From positions 36,230,479 through 36,268,737 of the forward strand of contig NC_068986.1 of NCBI RefSeq assembly GCF_001194135.2: a DNA stretch of 38,259 nucleotides, written 5' to 3'. Source of the stretch: Octopus bimaculoides (taxonomy: Eukaryota). Positions 1 to 10,789 of this stretch are shown piece after piece. The position numbers and the translations under genes were made by a program. Each line of letters opens with the position of its first letter. The stretch's first letter is position 1. The notes beneath the pieces were generated by a model. The model made no database searches, was not told the DNA's origin, and saw only the letters and a program-made list of their open reading frames with translations.

Positions 1-39
<39 letters not shown>

Positions 40-110
40 TGCGTGCATGTGTGTATGTGTGTATGCGTCCATGTTTGTATGTATTTATTTTTTATGTACG
101 TATGTTTGTA
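1..110. repeat. Compound (TA)n/(TG)n/(TGTA)n microsatellite
   Basis: Direct reading; explains the spurious ORF 43-270. Confidence 0.95.
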
Positions 111-785
111 TTTACGTATCTATGTATACGCGTACACACATAGCATAGTTATCTGTTTCGTGTGTATATCGATCTATCTTGCTGCTAACTATTATATTCT
201 ATTTGCGAACAAAACTCATCTATCTATCTATTTATCTAACCAAATGTTGAATTTAATATATCAGCAATAGAAAAAGACAGTGGAACGATTGTCTTAGCGC
301 GCGCGCACACACACACACACACATACACGTACACATACACACAGAGGCATACACAGATGTACACTCGCACACACGCAGATGCAAATGTGTTGCTGTCAAA
401 TATGATCAGAGCACTTACAGTCAATGCCATGAGCACAAACAAAATGACATTCTGACGATACAGCATTATCGACAGAGATTAATGAGAAAATGCATAAATT
501 TGTTAACGTAAATGAGCATAGTCACTAAAAATGCTTCAATATGAATATAAAACAGGCCACCACAATGGTTATTAGTACGGCAGAACAATAGTCAGCAAAT
601 AGAAAGGTAGATGGACAGCAGCTTGAGCAAGTAAAAGAAAAATTAAGTATTTGAAACAAATAATAAATTAGGAAGATCGCCGTGAAGAAATCAAAGAATA
701 AGGTCAAAGCTACATTGGTAAGAACAAAACGGTATCTTTCAAAGAGACAAAACACTGCGCCTAAAATTGAAACTAATAGATTTGT

Positions 786-914
786 ATAGTTCTATATTTA
801 AGAGATGAGGAATTATTTACATTATTTACGTTATTTACATTTGACGGAATTTCGTCCTCATCTTGTTTGTTGTTAACACAACGTTTCGGCTGATATACCC
901 TCCAGCCTTCGTCA
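786..914 (-). repeat. Inverted partial copy of the element 3' region (pLTR-like), including a 5'-truncated hammerhead
   Basis: Reverse complement TGACGAAGGCTGGAGGGTATATCAGCCGAAACGTTGTGTTAACAACAAACAAGATGAGGACGAAATTCCGTCAAATGTAAATAA matches 1142 onward with few mismatches. It lacks C3 and the 5' strand of stem I, and extends further 3' (TTCCTCATCTCTTAAATATAGAAC). Confidence 0.9.
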
Positions 915-965
915 TGCAAAATTAACATGAGTGTGATTCTGAGATATGTGAGATTAAAAGCCACG

Positions 966-1035
966 GGCATATGGCGTAGTGGTTAAGAGCGCTGGCTACT
1001 AACCCCAAGGTTCCGAGTTCGATTCACGGCAGCGA
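966..1035 (+). promoter_or_regulatory. tRNA-derived SINE head with Pol III A and B boxes
   Basis: A box TGGCGTAGTGG (972-982), B box GAGTTCGATTC (1015-1025), 7-nt loop CTACTAA at the anticodon position, T-arm CCGAG-TTCGATT-CACGG. No acceptor stem, so not a functional tRNA. Confidence 0.85.
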
Positions 1036-1041
1036 ATCGTA

Positions 1042-1072
<31 letters not shown>

Positions 1073-1135
1073 TATAATAATAATAATAATAGTAACATCG
1101 ATAGGAATGAGAACCCAGGCTCGAAATTTCCCCAA

Positions 1136-1181
1136 GACACCTGACGAAGGCTGGAAGGTATATCAGCCGAAACGTTGTGTT
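1136..1181 (+). ncRNA. Minimal type I hammerhead ribozyme (Penelope-type)
   Basis: Stem I GACAC/GUGUU; core CUGACGA plus an extra A; stem II GGCUG/CAGCC with a 10-nt loop; GAAAC-GUU with palindromic ACGU stem III; predicted cleavage after 1176. Confidence 0.85.
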
Positions 1182-1269
1182 AACAACAAACACGATGAGG
1201 ACGAATATCCGTCAAATGTAAATAATGTAAATAATGTAATAGATTTGTGTAATATGGAAATTATTCAGT

Positions 1270-1590
1270 AGTGGGTAGAGACGTGGACAATATACACATC
1301 AATGGAAAATACAATAAGTGCCTTTGAGATGTGGACCATTTGCAGGCTGGACAGAATAATCTCAAAAAGCAGCGTAACAATTACTGCTGCACCTGAAGCA
1401 GTTAAAGTCTGAAAACATATCACCGAGAAAGAAGTCCACAGGGCAATGCGTCTCGCGTCATTGCCCAAGACCATCGTAACAAGAACTATGGAGGGGAAGA
1501 TAGCAATAAGCTGCTAAAGATGGTTGTGGATTGAAGACAAGAGTCTAGCTGGTTGTGCGCATGCAGCAAAAGACAGGGGGGGATGAAGTG
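1270..1590 (+). mobile_element. Degraded RTE-clade LINE 3' ORF remnant
   Basis: Translates to VETWTIYTSMENTISAFEMWT..., later TIVTRTMEGKIA and AAKDR, matching RTE C-terminal motifs (ETW..AFEMW; GK..GR; A.DR). Frameshifted. Confidence 0.6.
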
Positions 1591-2384
1591 TTCGAAAACC
1601 GAACATTTCATATATATGACACTGGTTCGTGGGCGATAATCATGACATAGGCATCATAAATTTGTAGTTCCTCTGCATCAACTGTATTTTTTCAATTATT
1701 ATTTTGCATCAATACTATACTGTATTATAAAATATGTGTGAATAACATCTATACATATATTATATGGTATAGTATAGCACATATCTATACAATACTGTGT
1801 ACCTCAAGAGATTAACGTATGGCTTCAGATATTACAAGAAAATATTTCCGAAAAAGAAATTATAACAGAACTTGATTCAAGAAAATAACAGACGATTCAT
1901 GTAGATAAAGCTGAATAAATAACAGCAGATCTCTAAAATGTAGTTCTTTGATACCATCTTAAATCAGTGAGCTATCTCAACACCTGAACCATGGACTTCA
2001 AATCATTATGAAAGGTGACATGCAGGAAACGATAAGCAAATTTGTGATGTGATTGAAAACAATAATAAATACCACTAAATCTAGAAAGAAAATTTGCTCT
2101 ATGTAAAGAAATGTATAAATGAAATTTGCAAAGGTCACTGTTACAACTTATACAAGAATATACGAGATATAAAGGAAATAGAATGCAATGTAAGCGATCA
2201 AATTCAAAGTTATTTTATATAGAAACAGAATCTCCACTATAAGTATCTCAAACACGTAATTCTACAAAAATGTCTCTGAAACAACAAAAGGCCTGAAATT
2301 TTATAACTGCAGAATTTTGGTGAAGTCTAAAGTGAATTTAATACATTGCCTGTGCACAAAAAATATGGGGCTAAAATTTATGAC

Positions 2385-2880
2385 GAAATGTTGGAGTAGA
2401 TCTTACATTGCAATATTAAAAAACAAAAAAAAAACAGAACTCTTGCACCGATAAATCATGCTAGCAAAATCCTACTTAAGACTTTTCTTAATAAAATTAA
2501 AAACAAATATAGAATGAAAAGATCAAGGACCAAGTTGTTTTCAAAAGTGAAAAAATAAAAGAAAGATACTAACCTTAACTTGAAATTGTGTTGTCTCTCA
2601 ATATGTCACATCGTTATTCACAACAAATTGTGGTCTGTGATGTCAGATTCTTGTAGAAAAATTGTTATATGCTTAGCAAAATGGCAAATGTCGAAATTAA
2701 TGTATACGTTAACTAGTAGTTGCAGATTAAGCGAAGGTTATGGTAAAGGTGTGCATTCTCTTATTTCTTAACTTTTAAACGGACATCAAGAATGTGTATG
2801 GAAGAAAACGCCTGAAGTTGTGAAATGTACAGCTAAACTTTGGGAAATAATGCTTAGTAATCTCATTTATTTATCTAATT
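2385..2880 (+). mobile_element. Degraded RTE-clade LINE RT remnant (domains 1-3)
   Basis: CWSRSYIAILK, RTLAPINHASKILLKTFLNKIK, DQVVFKS, AKLWEIML resemble the RT motifs W..S.I..I.K, YR.I.LI.HASKIL, EQ.GF and LW..L. Confidence 0.65.
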
Positions 2881-2894
2881 GCTTCGTTGAGTAG

Positions 2895-2995
2895 TTAGAC
2901 TTCGGCCATGTTGGGGCATAAGCTCCAAGAATTTTTAGTCGAATGATTCGACCCTTGTACTTACTTGTTTCAAGCCTGTTACTTATCCTATCGGA
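2895..2995 (-). mobile_element. SINE family B 3' fragment
   Basis: Similar to 34550-34640 (GGCCATG..GAGCAC..TTTAGTCGA..ATCGACCC..ACTTA..AAGCCT.GTACTTAT). Confidence 0.65.
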
Positions 2996-3006
2996 TACAT
3001 ATATAC

Positions 3007-3048
<42 letters not shown>

Positions 3049-3104
3049 TTGATAGATAGCTAGCTAGATAGCTAGCTAGCTAGCTAGATAGATAGATAGA
3101 TACA

Positions 3105-3241
3105 AGAACGGGCATCTTTCCGTTTCCGTCTCCAAAATCAACTCACAAGGTGTCGGTCGGCCTGACACTATGTTAGAAGACACTTGCCTAAGGTGGCCCT
3201 GCAGTGGGACTGAACCTGGAGCCATGTGGTTGGGAAGCAAA
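3105..3241 (-). mobile_element. SINE family B 5' half
   Basis: Aligns to 34765-34900 (CACAAGG..GTCGGCC..GAAGACACTTGCC.AAGGTG..GCAGTGGGACTGAACC). Confidence 0.85.
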
Positions 3242-3315
3242 CGAGAATTTTGATAAAGAAAGTGTAAGAAATATGAAGAAAATAGTTTATTCATTAATTT
3301 GATTATACTGAAACT

Positions 3316-3720
3316 ATGATTAGCTCAGGAACATATAATCAAGATAAAGATAATCCTCTAATAATTGATAATCAAACTGTCAAAATGGCATATCGTTTTT
3401 GCTATCTCGAAAGTTTCATTAGAAATCAATGTGATGAGAGTAAAAAAAAAAAACTAATTGCAATAGCAAAATCTGCTGTTATCTCTTTAAACCATATTTA
3501 GAAACTACTATTTGATATTTCCATTAACAACTTATGGATTTTAATATTGGGACCTGAAAGAAATCAACTTATTGAAAACCTGCAGAGAGTTTCCTCCCTT
3601 TGGTATTATAGAAAATCCTAAAAATGTGCTGAACTAATATTTAAAAAAAAAAATGGATAAATCTACGAGTATAGACTTCATGGAACTTTATGGCCACGTA
3701 CAGTTCTGAAATGTGGGAAA
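3316..3720 (+). mobile_element. RTE LINE RT C-terminal remnant, probable continuation of 2385-2880
   Basis: RFCYLESFIRNQCD..IAIAKSAVISLNHI, WYYRKILKMC*TN and LYGHV match F.YLGS.I..RIA.AK.A, WCYRK.L.I.W and .GHV. Confidence 0.7.
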
Positions 3721-4024
3721 ACAAATAAAAGACCTATCTAATGTTAGACTCAGTAAGGATAAAAGAAATGCGTTATGTTTGAATCACTCCTTCGAACTGC
3801 TGTGACATACACAGAATTTCATCTTTTGCATTTAGTTCCCAACAGTATGCCTCATATAAAGCAAGAAATTCTGTAATTTATTAGAGAAAGCAAAATTTCA
3901 AGGAAATAGTCTCCTGGTACAACAGGAGAAATTTCCAGGTCTTAAATCTTTTCGACAAGGCCATCTGGAGAGGATTCACTTCCCCATTGCACATGGAACG
4001 GTACACTAGTATCAGCAGCATAGC

Positions 4025-4048
4025 AAAAAAAAAAAAAAAAAAAAAAAA
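4025..4048 (+). repeat. Poly(A) run (24 nt), possible retroposon tail
   Basis: Direct reading; no TSD identified. Confidence 0.6.
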
Positions 4049-4245
4049 CGTTAATGAATCTTAAAAACCTTCCCCGAAGAGAAAATATAAAATGATAATC
4101 TTTCAGAGATAATAAAATTAAAATAAAGAGCATGATATACAGAAGTTGAGTTCCCTATTAAAATTGAACAAAATATCCAGTATCAAAAATAAAAGCCGAG
4201 TCGTAATGATGTCACATATAATGTATAGGCAACAACTAAGCGCAT

Positions 4246-4277
<32 letters not shown>

Positions 4278-4399
4278 CGTGCGTATGCACTTCATACCTT
4301 AGGCTCTAAACTTCATATTGATTCGTAGGAGTCACGTCATGACATGCGACGTATCTTGAGCTCACTATTACGAATTGATGACGTTCTTCCTTACCTCTC

Positions 4400-4450
4400 T
4401 TACCTCCCTCTCTCGTTCTCTCTCTCTCTCATTCTTTTCATATGCATATA

Positions 4451-4505
<55 letters not shown>

Positions 4506-4600
4506 ATATATATATATATACATACATACACACATATACTCATATATGCATTCATACATACATACATACATATATATATATAGCCTACACACGTGCATAC
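4400..4600. repeat. Compound (CT)n/(TA)n/(TACA)n microsatellite
   Basis: Direct reading; source of several artefactual ORFs. Confidence 0.95.
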
Positions 4601-5202
4601 ATACAGCTGTCGCTTTACGTATACATGATACACAGAGGATCGACGAGGAGAGACAAAATAGACACCTACTCACAACCGCCAGAGCATAATCACTCGCAAT
4701 ACTCTCATCAATTTAATTCACTTCAGTTGACAGAAAATCTCGCAGCCCACGCAATGTATCTACAGATGATGTCACCATAGTTTAAATACAATTCAACTGA
4801 TATAAAAAATATAAATGCGAACTATTACAAATTGGAAAGCATTCACACACGCACAAACCCAAACACACACACACATACACACACTTATTAAATATACAAA
4901 TACATCAGCACCAGAATAAGCCATTGCACACATGAATATGTCAGCAAAAATATACACATGCATACTGAGATGTAAGCATACATGTTTATGCACTTACAAT
5001 CATCACGAATGTATAATTGATATTTAACTTACTGCAAAAGTGATATATACATTTGCAACGAAAGGCTATTAAAAATTAATTGATAAAAAAGTGATTTCGA
5101 CAAGTGCATATGTCCTGTAGATTAAACTTCAAGAATACAGCGATATTTGTATGATCGCTGTTTCACATCTACAGTCTTGCGAAATGCATACAAATCAGAA
5201 AC

Positions 5203-5810
5203 GTATGTCATTGTTCAGTTTTGTTTCAGAATTTCTTGCCAATAAGGACAGAGTCGGTTTGTAATCTCAATAGAGAAAGAATCGGTTTCTAACCTAGGTC
5301 CAAGACTCCACTGGAATTTCAACATTAATAGCAGAATATTTTTGCTTGTATGTCATTGTTCAGTTTTATTTCAAGGTTTCCTGCCAATAGAGAAGGAGCC
5401 GGTTTCTAACCAAGATCCAAGTTTCCTTCATTGGAACTTCAACATCACAATAGTGTATTGTGTATGTGTGTATGTGTGTATATGTACAGTATTTGGAATC
5501 AATGCATGTGCAGATTTGTATGTTTTGTTTTATGTATGTATTCTCATGCCTACAATTACATGTCTTGACATGTGCATATATACTTATATGGTAAACATCT
5601 GGAAGTTTCAGTGATGGCTTGGATCTGTTGTCTTTGAATCAGATTTCTTCTTTCTGGTTTTGAGAAGCTTTATTTCTCAAGACTGGTTCTTAGACAGTAT
5701 GTATGTCATTGTTACGTTTTATTTCAACATTTCTTGTCAATACAGAAAGAACTGGTTTCCAACAGAGATACAAGGCTCCTTCATTGGAATTTCGACATCA
5801 ACGACAGTGT
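5203..5810. repeat. Three diverged copies of a ~100-bp unit (5203-5325, 5348-5450, 5701-5805)
   Basis: Each starts GTATGTCATTGTT and contains TTTCTTGCCAATAGAGAAAGAGCCGGTTTCTAACC-like and CATTGGAATTTCAACATC-like motifs. Confidence 0.85.
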
Positions 5811-5844
5811 ATGTATGTATGTATGTATGTATGAGTGTATATTC

Positions 5845-6034
5845 TTTTCTCTTTTCTTCTTTCACTTGATTCAGTCATTTGACTGCGGTCATGCTGGAGC
5901 AACACGTTAGGCGGTTTTAGTCGAACAAATCGACCCTAGGACTTATTCTTTGAAGCCTGGTACTTATTATATCGGTCTATTTTGTCGAACCATTGTCAAA
6001 CGATGGTAGGGAGAAAACAGTCACAAAAATAGAA

Positions 6035-6092
<58 letters not shown>

Positions 6093-6190
6093 GCATACAT
6101 AATTACACACACACACACACACACATATGTATATGTATATATATATATATACACGACGGTCTTCTTTCAGTTTCCGTCTACCAAATCCAC
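5845..6190 (-). mobile_element. SINE family B, 3' two-thirds with expanded internal microsatellite
   Basis: Aligns to 34515-34800 (CAGTCATTTGACTGCGG.CATGCTGGAGCA..; CTTCTTTCAGTTTCCGTCTACCAAAT). Confidence 0.9.
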
Positions 6191-6195
6191 ACGCA

Positions 6196-6228
<33 letters not shown>

Positions 6229-7159
6229 TTATGTGTGTACATATATAGATAGACAGAGAAAGAAAGCGAGAAAGAGAGAGAGAGCGAAGTGTGTGTATGC
6301 GTGTGTTTGTGTGTGTGTTCCGTTTAAGCGATAATGGCTGTAACCCTCCTGGAGCACCTCATTCTATCCACGCATTAATATAATTTATCATTTCGTTACC
6401 TGAAAGATGATACACATTCTTCAGTTACAAACATAAATCGAATGAGAATTATCCTCTTTTAATGTAATATTATATATGTGCTTTCCTCTAAAAGTTGTGT
6501 AAGTGTTTATCCTGTGGCAATATGAAAAAAGACATTTTATTAAATTTGTTTTTATATATTTTACTCATCACCTTATTAAATTGTGCCTATCTTTTTGTGG
6601 TAAGTTAAGGTTTTTTTTTTTTTACTAACAGACCTTACCACCACTCCCATCGACTAAAAGCTTAATATGTGGTATCATATGCCTTCTATTACCTTAGCCT
6701 TCAACAACAAATATAATAATCGGGTAAAAAGACAAATGCAATTTGTTTGTTCATAGAGCTTCAATATTACATTGAACCCTTCTTTTACGATTCTAGATGC
6801 ATAAAGAAGAATATTGTGCGCCGGGATGCATATATATATTCATGTATATCTGTGTATGTGTGTGTATGTCTTTGTCTATCTATATAGACAATTAATAAAT
6901 ATAATTAATAAATATCTTGAAGCTAACAGCAGATATACACTAATACTGAAATGTCAGATTTGCGGTAATATAAAACATAACTAGATATCTAGTGTAATAG
7001 CTATTAATTTTCTTTTTACCTGGTGCATATCAACCAAGTACACGATTCTCTGAAGAATCCTTTTTATTTCNNNNNNNNNNACATTTAGTTAATTGTTAAC
7101 CTCATTGAAACTATTTGATATAATATGTGAAAGTTGTTGAAATACATTCAAATAACTTC

Positions 7160-7330
7160 GAATTTTGGCACCAGGTCAGTAATTTCGGGGGAGAAGTAAG
7201 TCGATTACATGGCTCCAGAGCTTAACCAGTACTCAAGATGAAAAGCAAAGTCGACATCTGTGGATCGAATAACGGACTAAATGCCGATGTGCTAACCGTC
7301 CTGTCCTGCCCATTTGCTAACCGTCCATGC
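7160..7330. mobile_element. Two SINE family A fragments (3' part on +, head part on -)
   Basis: GGCACCAGG..AATTTCGGGGGAG..AAGTCGATTACAT resembles the reverse complement of the family A tail; AAAGCAAAGTCGAC..AAATGCCG..GCTAAC is the reverse complement of the head. Strand assignment of the first piece is uncertain. These make up the N-terminus of ORF 7238-8080. Confidence 0.5.
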
Positions 7331-7339
7331 CTAGAGAAC

Positions 7340-8224
7340 GATACCTTCCACGAAAAAGTTGTAAACTATAAACAACAAACAATGAAAAATCTTGCATATT
7401 TAATTCATCTACATGGAAAAGGCCTGACAGAAAAAGAAGTGTATCAGGATAAAGAATATATTACGAACTTTAAATGTAAGCATAGTCTTTTTTACGACCT
7501 ACCTAAATTACACAAGAGCAAGATAGCTAATGAAGCTGGCAAGCAATCCCCACACAAATACATGAATATCCAAGCACCAGAAGATTTCAAGTTAAGATCC
7601 ATTATAGATGGCCCAACCTGTGAAACCCACCGCCTAAACAATTTTCTAGACATCCTCTTGAAGCCCTTGCTGAAATACATCAAACTTTTCCTTACGAACG
7701 ATCTAGATATGCTTCATCACCTACAAAAAACAGCTAATGACGTGGCATTATTAGTTTCCTTCGTTGTTTGTAATCTTTACATCAATATTCCATATGACTA
7801 CAGAATAGAAGCAATAAAACTCTGGCTGGAAAAGTACCCCGAATATCTTCCGGAACGTAGAAACCAGGTTTCTGTTATTGAAAGATTAAAATTTATACTT
7901 CAGAACAATTATTTTCTATTTGATGACACCTACTATCGTCAAGAATGGGGAATTGCGATAGGAACGAAAGCAGCCCGTGTTTTTGCGAATCTAATTAGGG
8001 GATATTTTGAATTCACTATATATGAAGTGCCATTGCAAAAGTATGGACGTCCATTTTACTATTATATAAGAAAAAACTAGAAAAAATATCTGGATGATTG
8101 CTTTATTATTTGGAATGAGACCATTCATAAACTTTTGGAATTTAAATCAATACTAAATAATATAAACCCTACAATGGAATATAGCAACGAACATCTCCCT
8201 TTATTGGATATTATGATAAAATGA
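7340..8224 (+). pseudogene. Penelope-like element RT, Neptune-type motifs, inactivated
   Basis: FYDLPKLHK, LRSIIDG, LVSFVVCNLY (catalytic D replaced by V), ILQNNYFLF, GIAIGTKAARVFANL. In-frame TAG at the conserved W of W.RYxDD, then KKYLDDCFIIW..LPLLDI. Confidence 0.9.
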
Positions 8225-8294
8225 AGTCAACAACCAAACTGTAACGGGGACACGCAGACACACACACACATGTATGTATACATACACAAGCACA

Positions 8295-8385
8295 TAACCT
8301 ATACTATATCCACCTTCAATTCCTGTTCTAGAACCAATTTTTCCATTTAGTATCCTTGAGGCATATAACATCCTTATCCTTACTC
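8295..8385 (-). mobile_element. Possible LINE APE endonuclease N-terminal remnant
   Basis: KDVICLKDTKWK..GGYS resembles VD..C.QETRWK. Very short. Confidence 0.35.
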
Positions 8386-9602
8386 ACCTGAGAAAGATTG
8401 AAACGATAAAGTATGACAACTGTACTCTACCCCCATCGAAATACGAATCTAATAAATAATTACAAATATATAGTATAAGAAAATGAAATAAATTTGCCTT
8501 TCTTCAAGGAAATTCATATTTTAAGATATTTGTCGCGCATTAATATGCGTAACATTGGAAGTAATATACATGTTGGAAGCAGTATAAAAATTACTAACGT
8601 ATTAAGTGAAACTGACCAATCCACTTTATTACTTTCATTTAATTCAATCTGTGAGCAACTAATAATATAATATATTTTTATACATGTATATATTAACATT
8701 TTGGATATATATATACATATACATATATATGTACGTAAGTACAATGTAATGTAACATATATTCAAGAAATATACTTATACAAGTGAAAGTATGATTATAA
8801 GTTTTAAAGCGTATATCAATTTACACCAGAGTATTATAATCGCGGAACAGAGTTTTGTACATGCAACAATATTTTAAGCTAATACTTATTATTAACGACA
8901 GAGTGGTAATGTTGTTACTATACCTAGCATCATTGCCTTGCGGTGATTAAATGTCTTTCAGACAATCAGCATAGAATATGTTATAGCCACAAAGAAGCAC
9001 ACACAGATACAAGCACACACGTACAGGCACATACACACACACAAGTTTTATACAGGATATAGTGTTTAAGAAACAAGGAGATTAACACATATAAATTGCA
9101 ACGAAACATTCAATAAATCTTTATGTAATAGACTTAGACTAGGTAATACGGTAAAATAGTACCAAAACATAGTAATCTAATATATATAAAAGCGTATACC
9201 AGGAAAGTATACTAGACAGAACGAATATCAATATTAAAATAAATACCAATTTACCCCAGACACGTTGCTATGTTTCGATTACTATATTAGTCTAATCAGT
9301 ACTGAACACTCAATATCTTAGAGATGAGAATTGAGAAATATACGCATTAATCATCGAGTGGTTTTAAATCGATAGAAAAGTTTGTCAACCAGACGACATT
9401 GCACGGTCGATTCATTTCTTTAGGGTTCGCAGCGAATTTTCGCACGGAGATTATCCGAGACTTCATCGACTTCGATTAAATGGGTATAGATGAGTTGTGT
9501 GCAGCTTCCCAGGGATACCAAACATTAGGAAACTTCGTGTGCTTCCCAGTACACTACTTTACTATAATATACTATATATACATGTATGTACATATATATA
9601 TA

Positions 9603-10290
9603 NNNNNNNNNNNNNNNNNNNNNNNNNNNNNNNNNNNNNNNNNNNNNNNNNNNNNNNNNNNNNNNNNNNNNNNNNNNNNNNNNNNNNNNNNNNNNNNNNN
9701 NNNNNNNNNNNNNNNNNNNNNNNNNNNNNNNNNNNNNNNNNNNNNNNNNNNNNNNNNNNNNNNNNNNNNNNNNNNNNNNNNNNNNNNNNNNNNNNNNNNN
9801 NNNNNNNNNNNNNNNNNNNNNNNNNNNNNNNNNNNNNNNNNNNNNNNNNNNNNNNNNNNNNNNNNNNNNNNNNNNNNNNNNNNNNNNNNNNNNNNNNNNN
9901 NNNNNNNNNNNNNNNNNNNNNNNNNNNNNNNNNNNNNNNNNNNNNNNNNNNNNNNNNNNNNNNNNNNNNNNNNNNNNNNNNNNNNNNNNNNNNNNNNNNN
10001 NNNNNNNNNNNNNNNNNNNNNNNNNNNNNNNNNNNNNNNNNNNNNNNNNNNNNNNNNNNNNNNNNNNNNNNNNNNNNNNNNNNNNNNNNNNNNNNNNNNN
10101 NNNNNNNNNNNNNNNNNNNNNNNNNNNNNNNNNNNNNNNNNNNNNNNNNNNNNNNNNNNNNNNNNNNNNNNNNNNNNNNNNNNNNNNNNNNNNNNNNNNN
10201 NNNNNNNNNNNNNNNNNNNNNNNNNNNNNNNNNNNNNNNNNNNNNNNNNNNNNNNNNNNNNNNNNNNNNNNNNNNNNNNNNNNNNNNNNA
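9603..10290. other. Assembly gap (N run); others at 7071-7080, 14953-15051, 21611-22099, 30680-30880, 31434-31625
   Basis: Runs of n, most abutting microsatellites. Confidence 1.
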
Positions 10291-10789
10291 CAGAGAAGAG
10301 AAAGAGGCAGGGAAATAATATAAATGAGATAATCTTCATACCCTAATCGTCTTTAACATCTTGTCTTTTTGAGAACAGTTATATGCAGGTACTTTCTGTC
10401 AAAATCTAGCCATACCTATCCAGTATTTATTGTACATATCGTATGCTTACTCAAAATCCTTTTATCTGATGTTTTCTTTTATAACGGTAAGGATGTCATT
10501 CGAAGCATATTTGTGTGTTTGTCTCTTACATCACGAAGAGACTAGTTTGACTTCTTCATTGATTAGTATTAACGTGTTTTGCCGGTGCAAATCTATTAGT
10601 AATTTTTCTCAGATTAATTTTTTGATTTGCTGTCATAAATATTTGCATGGTTGATCTTTATGTTTAAGCGATTGAATACTCTTCGTTTAGCGATTTGACC
10701 AATTAGTAAACTAATACCTTAGTGTTTTTATATTGTCTGTGATAATAGCCCTCCATTTAATTCTGATCACTATGGGAACTGGTTTAAAA

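Larger units (their letters stand above)
774..1248 (+). mobile_element. Composite tRNA-headed, hammerhead-containing retroelement with inverted 5' partial tail, flanked by a 12-bp TSD
   Basis: TAATAGATTTGT at 774-785 and 1237-1248. Inside: inverted tail copy 786-914, tRNA-like head 966-1035, (AAT)n about 1040-1090, hammerhead 1136-1181, tail with TGTAAATAA repeats to 1236. Confidence 0.85.

Noticed and set aside
966-1035. Functional tRNA gene (likewise heads at 20920-20995, 33590-33660, 34860-34928)
   Set aside because: Acceptor stems are absent and each continues into repeat body sequence; these are SINE heads.
4344-4780. Stacked ORFs rich in YI/CV/HT/RE dipeptides (also near 6000, 14800, 15900, 18750, 29300, 30500, 31800)
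   Set aside because: Translations of dinucleotide microsatellites, which lack stops.
6610-6725. T-run-TACTAACAG branch point and acceptor on the plus strand
   Set aside because: All three downstream frames hit stops quickly and no convincing donor follows.
9262-9305. Hammerhead-like CTGA..hairpin..GAAAC on the minus strand
   Set aside because: Core reads CUGAUUA, stem III lacks the C-G pair and stem I does not pair; at best a decayed copy.
9480-10346. Long ORFs spanning N runs (also 21449-22279, 30439-31018)
   Set aside because: Artefacts of assembly gaps.
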